A stretch of 64,000 nt of DNA from Pseudomonadota bacterium (GTDB lineage Bacteria > Verrucomicrobiota > Verrucomicrobiia > Limisphaerales > SXTU01). The notes beneath the pieces are model-generated. The model was not told the DNA's origin, searched no databases, and was given only the letters and a program-made list of their open reading frames with translations. This document shows positions 42,334-51,798 of this stretch, piece after piece (the stretch's first letter is position 1; every line of letters starts with the position of its first letter). Position numbers and translations under genes: made by a program. The stretch is taken from positions 3,975 to 67,974 of the forward strand of contig RFVF01000013.1 in the NCBI GenBank assembly GCA_009922615.1, given 5' to 3'.

Positions 42334-45030
42334 ATGAAACTGAAGTCCCTCCTCGCCGCCCTGCTCATGCTGGCGGTTTCTGTCTCCCGGTTGGCCGCTG
42401 CGACCTTCGAACTCAAGCCCGGCGAAAACATCGCCCTCATCGGCAACGGCACGGCCGACCGCATGCAGCATCACGGCTGGCTCGAGACGTTGCTCCACGC
42501 CAAGTATCCCAAGCACAACCTCGTCTTTCGCAACCTCGCCACGGCGGCGGATGACGTGGGTGGTTTCCTCAATACGGTGGCCAAGGGCGACAGCGCCCTT
42601 CGCAACCGTTCCGAGAACTTCGGCTCGAACGATCAGTGGCTCACCAGCGTTAAGGCCGACGTGGTCTTCGCGTTCTTCGGCTACAACGAGTCGTTCCGCG
42701 GCGACGCGGGACTGGAGAAGTTCAAGGCCGACCTCGACACGTTTGTGAAAGAGACGAAGGCCAAGAACTACAGCGGCAAGGCCGCCCCGCGCCTCGTGCT
42801 CTTCGGCCCGCTGGCGGCCGAAAAGAGCAGCGACCCGAATCTGCCGCCCGTGGACGCGACCAACGCGAACCTGAAGAAGTATTCCGCCGTGGTGGCCGAT
42901 GTGGCCAAAGCCAACGACGTGGCATTCGTGGACTTGTTTGCCATTTCGCTCGACGGCTACGCGCAGGCGGCCAAGCAGAAGAAGGCACTCACGTTCAACA
43001 CCATTCATCTCACCGAGGCGGGCGACAAGGCGCTCGCGCCGGAAATCTTCCGCGCGCTCATTGGCGAGACCGCGCCAGGCGGCAAGCTCGAGAAGCTCAA
43101 CTCCGCCGTGAACGACAAGAACAAGGAATTCCACGCGCGCTATCGCACCGTTGACGGCTACAACGTCTACGGCGGGCGTTCCGGCCTTGCGTTCCAAGCG
43201 GGCGTGCGGCCGTTCAAGAGCGGCATGAAAGAGCCGGAGGCTCCGCTGCTCTCGAACTACCAGACCATGCAGGACGAGATGAAGCAGCGCGACGTGATGA
43301 CCGCCAACCGCGAAAAGCGCGTGTGGGCCATTGCGCAGGGCGGTGATGCGAAAGTGGACGACTCGAATCTCCCGAAGGTCCGCCTGCTGCCTAGCTCCAA
43401 CGTGACCAACGACATGCCGTATCTCAGCGGCGAGGAGACCATCAAGCACATCAAGACTGCACCGGGCCTCAAGATCACGCTTGTTGCCGATGAGGTGAAG
43501 TTCCCCGAGCTGGCCACGCCGGTGCAGATGGCTTTCGATCCGAAGGGCCGCCTGTGGGTCGCCGCGTGGCCCAGCTACCCCGAGGTCGCGCCGACGGACA
43601 AGGTGAAGGACAAGTTGCTCATCTTCGATCTCGACGCGAATGGCAAGGCGGCCAAGTGCACGACGTGGCTCGATGGGTTGAACTGCCCGACGGGCTTCCA
43701 GTTCCACAAGGACGGCGTGCTCGTCATGCAGGCCCCGGACCTTTGGTTCGTCCACGGCGCGAATGGCAAGGCGGGCGCGGTGGAACGCGTGGTGATGGGC
43801 ATGGACTCGGCCGACTCGCATCACACGGCCAACGCCATTTGCTACGAGCCGGGCGGTGCGATCTACCTCAGTGACGGCGTCTTCCACCGCACGCAGGTCG
43901 AGACGATTTCTGGCGCGGTGCGCAACACGGACGGCGCGATCTATCGTTACGAGCCGTTCACGCACAAGTTCGAGCGCTACGTCGCCTACGGCTTTGCGAA
44001 CCCGCACGGCCGCGTGTTCGACTACTGGGGCAACGACTTCATCACCGACGCCACGGGCAACGCGAACTACTTCGGTCCGGCGTTCAGCGGCGCGATCGAC
44101 TTCCCGGCCAAGCACGGAAACCTGAAGCTGTTCTGGAAGAACCCGTCGCGTCCGTGTCCGGCCACGGCGATCCTCTCCAGCCGCCATTTCCCGGACGCGA
44201 TGAACGGAAACTTCCTGAACTTCAACGTCATCACCATGCAAGGTGTCTTCCAAGCGAAGTTCTCGGAGGACGGCGCGGGCATCAAGGGCGAGTCCGTCGA
44301 GGACTTCTTCAAGGGCGACAACGCGGCGATCCCGAACTTCCGTCCCATCTGCGGTGCGGTTGCGCCAGACGGCTCGTTCTACTTCTGCGACTGGGCCAAG
44401 CCGCTTATCGGCCACATGCAGCATCACATCCGCGACCCGAAACGCGACAAGACCCACGGCCGCATCTACCGCGTGACCTACGAAGGCCGCCCGTTGCTCA
44501 AGCCCGTGAAGATCGACGGCGAGCCGGTGGAGAAATTGCTCGAAGTCCTCAAAACGCCGGAGGACGACGTGCGCACGCGTGCCAAGATCGAGTTGAGCAA
44601 GCACGACAGCGCCAAGGTCATCGCCGCCACGAAGAAGTGGATCGCCGGCCTGAGCAAGACCGACAAGGACTACGAGCATCATCGCCTGGAGGGCCTCTGG
44701 GTCCACCAGTGGCACTACGTCGTGGACGAAGCGCTGCTCAAGGATGTGCTCAAGTCGCCAGACCATCGCGCCCGCGCCGCCGCCACCCGCGTGCTGTGCT
44801 ACTGGCGCGACCGCGTGAAGGAGCCACTCAAGCTGCTCGAAGTTGCCGCCAAGGACGCCCACCCGCGCGTCCGCCTCGAAGCGATCCGCGCGTGCAGCTT
44901 CTTCACGACCAGCGCCGCCGCCGAAGTCGCGCTTGGAGCGCTCGAGAAGGAAGCCGATCCGAACAAGCCGGATTACTACATCAAGTATTGCCTCGACGAG
45001 ACGCTCAAGCAGCTCGGCAAATACAAGTAA
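42334..45030 (+). CDS. Secreted multidomain protein: SGNH-hydrolase-like N-domain + beta-propeller (PVC membrane-bound-dehydrogenase-type domain) + HEAT repeats
   Basis: Signal peptide MKLKSLLAALLMLAVSVSRLAAA. NIALIGNGTADRMQHHGW occupies the position of SGNH block I. PVQMAFDPKGRLWVAAWPSYPE and YLSDG are typical of the PVC dehydrogenase-like domain. HEAT-like C-terminus HPRVRLEAIRA. I did not see a CxxCH motif. Confidence 0.7.
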   Translation: MKLKSLLAALLMLAVSVSRLAAATFELKPGENIALIGNGTADRMQHHGWLETLLHAKYPKHNLVFRNLATAADDVGGFLNTVAKGDSALRNRSENFGSNDQWLTSVKADVVFAFFGYNESFRGDAGLEKFKADLDTFVKETKAKNYSGKAAPRLVLFGPLAAEKSSDPNLPPVDATNANLKKYSAVVADVAKANDVAFVDLFAISLDGYAQAAKQKKALTFNTIHLTEAGDKALAPEIFRALIGETAPGGKLEKLNSAVNDKNKEFHARYRTVDGYNVYGGRSGLAFQAGVRPFKSGMKEPEAPLLSNYQTMQDEMKQRDVMTANREKRVWAIAQGGDAKVDDSNLPKVRLLPSSNVTNDMPYLSGEETIKHIKTAPGLKITLVADEVKFPELATPVQMAFDPKGRLWVAAWPSYPEVAPTDKVKDKLLIFDLDANGKAAKCTTWLDGLNCPTGFQFHKDGVLVMQAPDLWFVHGANGKAGAVERVVMGMDSADSHHTANAICYEPGGAIYLSDGVFHRTQVETISGAVRNTDGAIYRYEPFTHKFERYVAYGFANPHGRVFDYWGNDFITDATGNANYFGPAFSGAIDFPAKHGNLKLFWKNPSRPCPATAILSSRHFPDAMNGNFLNFNVITMQGVFQAKFSEDGAGIKGESVEDFFKGDNAAIPNFRPICGAVAPDGSFYFCDWAKPLIGHMQHHIRDPKRDKTHGRIYRVTYEGRPLLKPVKIDGEPVEKLLEVLKTPEDDVRTRAKIELSKHDSAKVIAATKKWIAGLSKTDKDYEHHRLEGLWVHQWHYVVDEALLKDVLKSPDHRARAAATRVLCYWRDRVKEPLKLLEVAAKDAHPRVRLEAIRACSFFTTSAAAEVALGALEKEADPNKPDYYIKYCLDETLKQLGKYK

Positions 45031-45053
45031 CGGCGAGTGCCGTTTGATTCGCG

Positions 45054-45088
45054 AAGGCCGGCAGGCAACTGCCGGCCTTTTCATTTTT
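45054..45088 (+). terminator. Rho-independent terminator
   Basis: AAGGCCGGCAG-GCAA-CTGCCGGCCTT followed by TTCATTTTT, 24 nt after the stop at 45030. Confidence 0.8.
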
Positions 45089-45232
45089 CCCGCGCTGCGA
45101 CTTGGGGCCTGTCGGCGATTAACTGCCTGAATGCGAACCGCCGGTTGCTTCAGTGGAAGTGAAACTTTGGAGAAGGGGCTTGCCAACCGACGGGCAGGCC
45201 GCAAAACTTGCGCGTCTCAAACACGACACTTT

Positions 45233-45463
45233 ATGGCTGACATCGCAAACAAATACGAAAACAACGTCCCCGGCAAATTCTTCGTCGACAACCAGTGCAT
45301 CGACTGTGACCTGTGCCGCGAAACCGCGCCCGAGAACTTCACCCGCTTCGATGACGGTGGTTATTCCTACGTGAAGAAGCAGCCCGAAACGCCCGAGGAA
45401 GAGGCGCAGTGCAAGGAAGCCAAAGAGGGCTGCCCGGTGGAAGCCATCGGCGACAACGGCTAA
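45233..45463 (+). CDS. Small ferredoxin (single Fe-S cluster type)
   Basis: 76 aa. CIDCDLC...C...GCPVEAI cysteine pattern, with an acidic composition. Confidence 0.85.
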   Translation: MADIANKYENNVPGKFFVDNQCIDCDLCRETAPENFTRFDDGGYSYVKKQPETPEEEAQCKEAKEGCPVEAIGDNG

Positions 45464-45488
45464 GCGTCCTCTCATCTTTCGAATGCAA

Positions 45489-45517
45489 CCCGTCGATGCA
45501 CGTCGGCGGGTTTTTTT
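45489..45517. terminator. Rho-independent terminator after the ferredoxin gene (between convergent genes)
   Basis: CCCGTCGA-TGCACG-TCGGCGGG (8-bp stem including one G-U pair), followed by TTTTTTT. Confidence 0.7.
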
Positions 45518-45538
45518 GTTTTCCTGCGTCAAGTTCGC

Positions 45539-46921
45539 CTACTTCGGCATGGCCAGGAAGCTTGCCACGATTTTCCCGTCCGCCCAGTTCCAGACGCATA
45601 CCTCGCCATTGAACGCGCCGCTGGCGATCTGCCTGCGGGGTGGGTCGGCAGCCAAGGCGATCACGCGATCCGCATGGCCGGAGAGCGTGCGCACCAGCGC
45701 ATGGTTCTCAAGCTGGTGCTGCCGCACTTGTCCATCTGCTCCTCCGCTGAAGATGTGTTCGCCGGCCAGCAGCACGCGGAAAAGCTCTCCCTCCGCCCCG
45801 GAAAGTTTACTCGATTTCTTGGCCGCCTTCCCGTCTTTCACCGCCCAAGAATGCACGTCCCTGTCGCGCCCGCCGGAGTAGATCGTCTTGCCATCCTCGC
45901 TGAACGCGATGCCGGAGACGGGCGCTTCGTGGCCCATGTAACTCACCTCGATCTCGCCGCTTTCGAGACTGAACACGCGCGCTATGCGGTCGCGGCTGGC
46001 GCTGGCCAAGTGCTTCCCCTCGGGGCTGAAAGCCAGGCCCAGCACCCAGTCGGCGTGCTGTTGGAGGAGCCGGAGTTCTTTCCCCTCCGGCACGGAGAAA
46101 ATGCGGATGGCATTGTCCGCGCCGCCGGCCGCGAGCCGAGTTCCGTTCCGGTCAAAGGCCAGCGCCATCACGGTATCGATGGTCGTGGCGAGCACCTTCA
46201 CCACTTCGCGCTTCGCCACCTCCACGAGCGCGACTTCCCCGGACTGCCCCGCTGAGCCGCCGCCGACCGCGAGCCATTGTCCCGACGGATGCCACACCAG
46301 CCCCTGGATGCGTTGCGGGAGATTTTGAATGCGGCCGACGAGCTTGCCGGTGGCCGGCTCCCAGAGGGTGATTTCGTGGTAGCCGCTGGCGGCAAGTTGC
46401 TTCCCATCGGGACTGAAGGCCAAAGCCGCAATCGGCACTGCCTGCGCGTAACGCGTCGGTGGCTGCGGGTGTGGCACGCGTGGAATGAGCGACGCGAGAT
46501 GCGCCTTCGCGTCTGGTCCGTCGAATTTCGCACCCTGCTGAATCCACTTTTCGATCAGCGCGATTTGCCCTTTCGGCAAAGGATCATCTTTCTGCGGCAT
46601 TCGGTCATCGGCGTCGGCGGTTACGAGCAGGCGGAAGAGCTCGCTCTTCGTCGGCTGGCCGGGCGTGACGGCCGCCGCCTGGCTCGCACCGGATTTCATC
46701 AAGGTTTCGAAGTTGTGGAGCTGGTAATTGCCCTTGGCCTTTTCTGGCCCGTGGCAGGTGACGCATTTCTTCGCAAGAATCGGCGCAACTTCTTTTGTAA
46801 AACTCACCTCGCCCGTCGCTGCAAGCGTTCGCGCAGTCCACGCGAAGAGCATCGTCGCCGCGATGAGCCAGGGCGGAGCGGACCGTTGGAAACGTCGAGT
46901 CATGTGGCAAGGACTGTGCAA
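45539..46921 (-). CDS. Planctomycete-type cytochrome c (PSCyt1) fused to a WD40 beta-propeller
   Basis: Signal peptide, then FTKEVAPILAKKCVTCHGPEKAKG (CxxCH), followed by multiple WD40-like repeats (AFSPDGKQLAASG, WHPSGQWLAVGG, AFDRNGTRLAAGG, AFSPEGKHLASAS, AFSEDGKTIYSGG). Confidence 0.85.
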   Translation of the reverse strand: MHSPCHMTRRFQRSAPPWLIAATMLFAWTARTLAATGEVSFTKEVAPILAKKCVTCHGPEKAKGNYQLHNFETLMKSGASQAAAVTPGQPTKSELFRLLVTADADDRMPQKDDPLPKGQIALIEKWIQQGAKFDGPDAKAHLASLIPRVPHPQPPTRYAQAVPIAALAFSPDGKQLAASGYHEITLWEPATGKLVGRIQNLPQRIQGLVWHPSGQWLAVGGGSAGQSGEVALVEVAKREVVKVLATTIDTVMALAFDRNGTRLAAGGADNAIRIFSVPEGKELRLLQQHADWVLGLAFSPEGKHLASASRDRIARVFSLESGEIEVSYMGHEAPVSGIAFSEDGKTIYSGGRDRDVHSWAVKDGKAAKKSSKLSGAEGELFRVLLAGEHIFSGGADGQVRQHQLENHALVRTLSGHADRVIALAADPPRRQIASGAFNGEVCVWNWADGKIVASFLAMPK

Positions 46922-47014
46922 GCCGCGGAGTCATTCGGCAAGCGGGGGGAGTCTGGCGGGGATCCGCGATACTCCTGCTGATTAACTCCCACCAACGGCC
47001 CGTCCGTTCATCGC

Positions 47015-48595
47015 TTGCTCATCCGCGTGCTTATCCTGCTTTTGATCGTTGCCGGGCACTCAGCCGTTGCCGGCCTGACGAATGTGACGGCGACGGCGAC
47101 GGAGTTGCTGCTGCGACTGGATTCACCAGCTTACCTCGGGCTGGTCGAATTCGAACCCTACGAACTCAAGGCGTCGATCCCTGGCGGAATCCGCCCCTTC
47201 GCGCTGGAAAAACTTCAGCAGGGCAACCGCTCCATCATCCCGACTTCCGGCGCTACGATGGTGCGCGTGCCGCGCTTCGTCGGCCCCCGCGATCGAGTGT
47301 ATTCGGGTTTCATCGCGGCACGCGCGGGAGTTGCCGGGCTGGAAACGGTGGGCGTGATCCGATTTGTAGAAGGTCTGGAAATGCTTTCACGCAGCCAAGC
47401 TCCGCACCCAAGGCCCGCGAGCAAAAAAGGGATTCAAGTTCAGATGGTGGACGACGCGCTTGCGCTGGGCGTCCAACACTGCACGCTGAACCTCACGCTT
47501 GGCTCGTTGATTCAACTCCAGCCGCAACCCGATTCACTCAAGTGGGAGCTGGACGGCCGGACCTACTATTTCAACCGCCGCTATCTCGACTCGCTGCCCG
47601 TGCAACGCCTCACGGATGCGGGCGTCGCGGTGAATTGCATCCTGCTATATTACACGGGGCGTGCGGATTTGGACGCGGTGATGTGTCACGAAAACTTCAA
47701 CACCCAAGCGCCCAATCGCCTCACGGCGTTCAACACTTCCACACCCGATGGCCAGCGTCACTTCAAGGCCGCCCTTGAATTCCTCGCCGATTATTACTCC
47801 GGCACCAACGCTGCGCATGGTCGCGTCTGGGGCTACATCATTGGCAACGAGGTTAACGCACATTGGGAGTGGTATAACATGGGCGAGGCCACCCGCGCTG
47901 AGGTGGTGGCTGACTACTTGCGCACCGTGCGCGTCGCCCACACTGCCGTGCGGAAAGCTTCCGCTCACGCGCGGGTCTATCTCTCGCTCACGCATTTTTG
48001 GAATCGCGTGATGGGCAGCGGGCTGTTGCGCTCCTGCGAGGGCAAGGGCTTGATCGACGATTTCAACGCGTTGGCAAAAGCTGGCGGGGACTTCGACTGG
48101 CATCTCGCGCATCATCCGTATCCTGAGAATCTCCGCGACGCGCGCACCTGGCTGGACAAGACCGCGTTGCCCGATGCGAACACGCCGCGCATCACGTTCA
48201 AAAACCTCGAAGTGCTCGACGCCTACTTTCGCCGACCGGAGTTGCTCTATGGTGGCCAGCCGCGTCGCATCATTCTCTCCGAGCAGGGTTTCAACTGTGC
48301 CGACAAACCGGACGGTGAGTTGATGCAGGCGGCTGCCTTCTGCTATGCGTGGAAAAAAGTGAGCGCATTGCCCGGCATCGACGCTTTCATCCTGCACCGG
48401 CACGTGGATCACGCGCGCGAGGGCGGCTTGAGCCTCGGCCTCTGGACGCGTCAGCCGGATTCCATCGCCACGCCCGCCCGGCCTCGGAAGATTTACGAAG
48501 CTTTTAAGGCTGCTGGCACGCCGGAGGAGCAGCGCACCTTCGAGTTCGCGCTGCCGGTGGTGGGGCTGAGGGATTGGTCAACGCTGGCCAGATGA
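47015..48595 (+). CDS. Secreted clan GH-A-like TIM-barrel glycoside hydrolase candidate (DUF5722-like)
   Basis: TTG start with a signal peptide. YIIGNEVNAHW (N-E acid/base-type motif) and RIILSEQGF (nucleophile-type Glu) are spaced as in clan-A glycosidases. The family name is from memory and has not been searched. Confidence 0.55.
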   Translation: MLIRVLILLLIVAGHSAVAGLTNVTATATELLLRLDSPAYLGLVEFEPYELKASIPGGIRPFALEKLQQGNRSIIPTSGATMVRVPRFVGPRDRVYSGFIAARAGVAGLETVGVIRFVEGLEMLSRSQAPHPRPASKKGIQVQMVDDALALGVQHCTLNLTLGSLIQLQPQPDSLKWELDGRTYYFNRRYLDSLPVQRLTDAGVAVNCILLYYTGRADLDAVMCHENFNTQAPNRLTAFNTSTPDGQRHFKAALEFLADYYSGTNAAHGRVWGYIIGNEVNAHWEWYNMGEATRAEVVADYLRTVRVAHTAVRKASAHARVYLSLTHFWNRVMGSGLLRSCEGKGLIDDFNALAKAGGDFDWHLAHHPYPENLRDARTWLDKTALPDANTPRITFKNLEVLDAYFRRPELLYGGQPRRIILSEQGFNCADKPDGELMQAAAFCYAWKKVSALPGIDAFILHRHVDHAREGGLSLGLWTRQPDSIATPARPRKIYEAFKAAGTPEEQRTFEFALPVVGLRDWSTLAR

Positions 48596-48625
48596 AGCTT
48601 GGCGGCGCAGCTTGGTCGCGTGGCA

Positions 48626-50059
48626 TTATCGCTTTAACTCGGCAAGCAGTTCACGCAGCACGGCAGTGATCTGCGGCGAGGCGTTGGTCTCCAGATAACT
48701 GCTCTTCGCCCGCCACGTCTCGTAGCCGCCGAGGGCGTGCTGGGCGGGCGTGGGCAGGTAGCCGTTGTAGCCGTTGGCGAGGGAGATGGTGAAGCTGGCG
48801 GGGAAGGGGTTCTGAGCTTTGAGTTCGAGGCCGATTTCCACGAAGACTTCGCACGGAACCGCAGTGATCGCGAGATCGCCGAGGCGGAGCGCCTGTAGAA
48901 TGAGCTGCACGCGGTCAGGGTAATCAGCCATCTGCACGGTTTCGCGGGCGTAAATCTCGTCGAGGCCCTTGAGACGCGGGAACTGGTTCGGGGCTTTCGC
49001 TAGAATGTCCTTCGCGCGATCGAGTGCGGCGGCGTCGGGTTTGCGCACGCCGAGGGTGATTTCCTTTTGCGCGGCACCGAGGGGAATCCAGTCGTGGAGC
49101 TTCACGGTGGGGAGGACGCGCGCGACCTCGTTGGCGACGGCGTTGGCGACGATTTTGATTTTATGGCCGGGGGCGTATTTGTTCGTGTCGCCGTCGCGCC
49201 AGGGGATGTTGTTGATGTCGCCGCTGGTGCCGTTGGCCATGATGCCGACGAAGGGCGGGTCCTGCCGGTCGGCGCGAAGCAGCTCCTGGATGCGGTCAGC
49301 GAAGGCACCGAAGTAATCGGCGGAGACGCCGGGATTGCCTCCGACGTAATGCAGGCTGTAATCGGCGAGGAGGGCGACGTGCTGGCCGTTGGTGCGCTGG
49401 ACGGTGAGGAACCAGACCTCGGGGTCGGTGGGACCGGCGGGCTTGAGGAGCGCGGGATTCTTCATGCCAGGGTTCATCTTCACCTGGTCCTCCGTGCCGA
49501 AGGGGTTCTTCAAGACCGTGCCGGGCTGCATGTGCCAGCGGCGGTTGTGGACCTGACCTGGCACGCTGCCCTTGCCCCAGCCGATGCGCGCGGGCGCGAG
49601 GTTGTTGTGCGCGCGGCGGATGGCGTCGGCGATGCGCACGGCGAAGAAAGCGCGATACTCCATGTCTGCCTCGCTCTGGAAGGCGGCAGCGGAGCTGGCT
49701 GCCGAGTGCGTGTGTGTGGCGGACATGAGCATGTGGCTGGCGGGAATGCCCGTGGCCTCGCTAGCCAGGCGCTTGGCCTCGTCGAAGACCTCGCGCGGGA
49801 CGAGGCAGGAGTCGTTGACGACGAGGGCGAGCTTGGTGGTTCCGTCATCGAGCACGATAGCGCGGGAGTGCAGTTCGTCGTGGATGTGCGTGGCCTTGCC
49901 ATCGGACATGTTGCCATTGATGGAAGTGCCGAGCTTGGGGGTGATGTTGCTGGTGGCAGCCCCGGCGCGAAAGACGCGGGGTGCGTCCGCGGCGAGAAGG
50001 TGAACCACAGAGGCGCAGAGGGCATAGAGGAGGATCAAACGGATGGCGGAGTGTTTCAT
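48626..50059 (-). CDS. Neutral/alkaline ceramidase-like hydrolase, secreted
   Basis: Signal peptide MKHSAIRLILLYALCASVVHLLA. FRAGAATSNITPKLGTSINGNM...HDELHSRAIVLDD...LVVNDSC...SATHTHSA resembles the N-terminal domain of neutral ceramidases. Confidence 0.7.
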   Translation of the reverse strand: MKHSAIRLILLYALCASVVHLLAADAPRVFRAGAATSNITPKLGTSINGNMSDGKATHIHDELHSRAIVLDDGTTKLALVVNDSCLVPREVFDEAKRLASEATGIPASHMLMSATHTHSAASSAAAFQSEADMEYRAFFAVRIADAIRRAHNNLAPARIGWGKGSVPGQVHNRRWHMQPGTVLKNPFGTEDQVKMNPGMKNPALLKPAGPTDPEVWFLTVQRTNGQHVALLADYSLHYVGGNPGVSADYFGAFADRIQELLRADRQDPPFVGIMANGTSGDINNIPWRDGDTNKYAPGHKIKIVANAVANEVARVLPTVKLHDWIPLGAAQKEITLGVRKPDAAALDRAKDILAKAPNQFPRLKGLDEIYARETVQMADYPDRVQLILQALRLGDLAITAVPCEVFVEIGLELKAQNPFPASFTISLANGYNGYLPTPAQHALGGYETWRAKSSYLETNASPQITAVLRELLAELKR

Positions 50060-50153
50060 GGCACGCGAGTTGGACGCCGCGAGCCTAGGAAGTCGTTCGA
50101 GCAAAGTCCAGCAGCGGTGGGGAGCGTGCGCGGTTTGGCTGCGGAGTGGGGGG

Positions 50154-50618
50154 CTAAACTGCGAGGTAGGCCAAATCCGCTTCAAGGGCGGCGCGTTCCT
50201 CCGGATCGGACACCGATGCTGCGCACCGTCGGGCTTCCGTCAGATGCTCCTGCGTGATCGCCCATTCGCCCGCGAGCCTGCTGGCCCGGGCCAAAGCTTC
50301 ATGGGCATAGCCGAGAAAGAATGGTGCCTCCTCAGCGCTGACGGCGAGGCACAACTCGCCGTAGTGCCGGGCGGGTGCCGGTTGGTTCAACACAGCATAA
50401 ACCCGGGACAACTGCCAGTAGCCAATCGAGAGATTCCGGGTCGTGCAATCAGTCCGCTCGCGCCAATGAGCCAGTGACGCGTGGGCCAGGGAAATCATCC
50501 GTTCGCATTCATCCGGCGTGCGGTCGGGCTTTTCCAGCAACGTCCAGACCCGGTTAAAGCAATCGGCAGAAAACCAGCGGTGAGCGGCGGCGGGGTCAAA
50601 GGGCGGTGCGTCGCTCAC
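50154..50618 (-). CDS. Conserved hypothetical protein (helical, TPR-like)
   Basis: 154 aa with a coding-like composition, located directly downstream of dapA (18-nt gap). I cannot name a family with confidence. Confidence 0.55.
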   Translation of the reverse strand: MSDAPPFDPAAAHRWFSADCFNRVWTLLEKPDRTPDECERMISLAHASLAHWRERTDCTTRNLSIGYWQLSRVYAVLNQPAPARHYGELCLAVSAEEAPFFLGYAHEALARASRLAGEWAITQEHLTEARRCAASVSDPEERAALEADLAYLAV

Positions 50619-50636
50619 ATGAGCTGGTGTCGGACG

Positions 50637-51518
50637 TTATTTGAGGATGCCGCACGCCTTCAGCGTGGCCTTGAGCGTCTCGCGGTTCTTCGCGCTCATG
50701 CGCACGAGCGGGAGGCGGTAGAACTCTTCGATCTGACCAAGCATCGCCAAGGCGGCTTTGACCGGAATGGGGTTGGTTTCGATGAAGAGGTCTTTGTAGA
50801 TGGGATAGAACTTGGCGTGCAGCTTGAGCGCGGCGTCGGGCCGGCCAGCGCGGAAGTAATCCACCATGTGGCTGACCTCGCGCGGAATGATGTTGCTGGC
50901 CACGCTGATGACGCCCTCGGCTCCGACGCTCATGAACGGCAGCGTCAGCGAGTCGTCACCGCTGAGGATGTTGAAGTGCTTGCCCAGCGCTGCGCGCAAC
51001 TGGCTCACGCGGTCGCAGGAGCCACCGGCCTCCTTGATGGCGACGACGTTGGGGCACTCGCCTGCGAGGCGTTTGACGGTGTCCACGCCGATCTCGACGC
51101 CGCAGCGGCCGGGAATGCTGTAGAGCACAAGCGGGAGTTCGGTCTCGTTGGCAATGGCTTTGAAGTGTTGGAAGAGACCTTCCTGCGTCGGCTTGTTGTA
51201 GTAGGGCGCGACTTGCAGCGAACCATCCGCGCCGACTTCCTCGGCGGCTTTGGTGAGATAGATGGCCTCGCTCGTGGAGTTCGCGCCGGTGCCGGCGAGC
51301 ACTTTGCAACGGCCGTTGGCATACTTCACAGACAGCTCGATGACACGGATGTGTTCCTCGTAACTTAGCGTGGGCGATTCGCCCGTGGTGCCGCAGGGGA
51401 CGATGCCATCGACCCCGCCCTTGATCTGGGCCTTGACGAGGCGTTCGAGGGCGATTTCATCCAGCTCGCCGTTGGGGTGGAAGGGCGTGACGATGGCGGT
51501 GTAGGTTCCGGTAAACAT
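50637..51518 (-). CDS. dapA: 4-hydroxy-tetrahydrodipicolinate synthase
   Basis: GTYTAIVTPFHPNGELD...GIVPCGTTGESPTLS...YNKPTQEGL...IVAIKEAGG (Schiff-base Lys). Confidence 0.95.
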   Translation of the reverse strand: MFTGTYTAIVTPFHPNGELDEIALERLVKAQIKGGVDGIVPCGTTGESPTLSYEEHIRVIELSVKYANGRCKVLAGTGANSTSEAIYLTKAAEEVGADGSLQVAPYYNKPTQEGLFQHFKAIANETELPLVLYSIPGRCGVEIGVDTVKRLAGECPNVVAIKEAGGSCDRVSQLRAALGKHFNILSGDDSLTLPFMSVGAEGVISVASNIIPREVSHMVDYFRAGRPDAALKLHAKFYPIYKDLFIETNPIPVKAALAMLGQIEEFYRLPLVRMSAKNRETLKATLKACGILK

Positions 51519-51523
51519 GGGGA

Positions 51524-51736
51524 TTACTTGATGGAGCCGAGGAGCAGGTTGCGGTCGCCGAGAAGGCTGCGCAATTCCAACTGCGCGCGGGTGGCCTGCT
51601 CGCCGTCCTCATACTCGAACTCATGCACCTCGTCGTGGACGGCCACATAAAGCGTGGTGTCCTCGACATACGCGCTTTTCACGAAAGCGAGGTTGAGCAA
51701 GGTGCTTTGCAGTTCGATGAACATGGGTGCGACCAT
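51524..51736 (-). CDS. Small acidic hypothetical protein (~66-74 aa)
   Basis: GC3 is about 85% in this frame. Candidate starts are GTG 51748, ATG 51736 and ATG 51724. The stop is 5 nt before the dapA ATG, and the gene lies 50 nt after the AAA+ gene stop. Sequence ...YVAVHDEVHEFEYEDGEQATRAQLELRSLLGDRNLLLGSIK. Confidence 0.55.
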   Translation of the reverse strand: MVAPMFIELQSTLLNLAFVKSAYVEDTTLYVAVHDEVHEFEYEDGEQATRAQLELRSLLGDRNLLLGSIK

Positions 51737-51798
51737 AAACGGGCGCACACTCTGGGCAAACGCGGCGGTTTGGCGAGCCGATTTTCAGCACGGCTCAC

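Noticed and set aside
42193-45204. The 1377-aa minus-strand ORF (41071-45204) looks like a giant gene.
   Set aside because: Only its last 373 codons (41071-42192) look like a real protein (LptF/G family). The remainder is Arg/Ala/Gly-rich with no motifs. It is exactly antisense to the well-supported 899-aa plus-strand gene at 42334-45030. This is a typical stop-free antisense frame in high-GC DNA.
51524-51748. The small acidic ORF after the Mpa-like ATPase could be a Pup or UBact homologue.
   Set aside because: It lacks the diagnostic C-terminal GGQ/GGE (Pup) or R-T/S-G-E/Q (UBact) and ends in GSIK. I keep it only as an unclassified small partner candidate (see findings).
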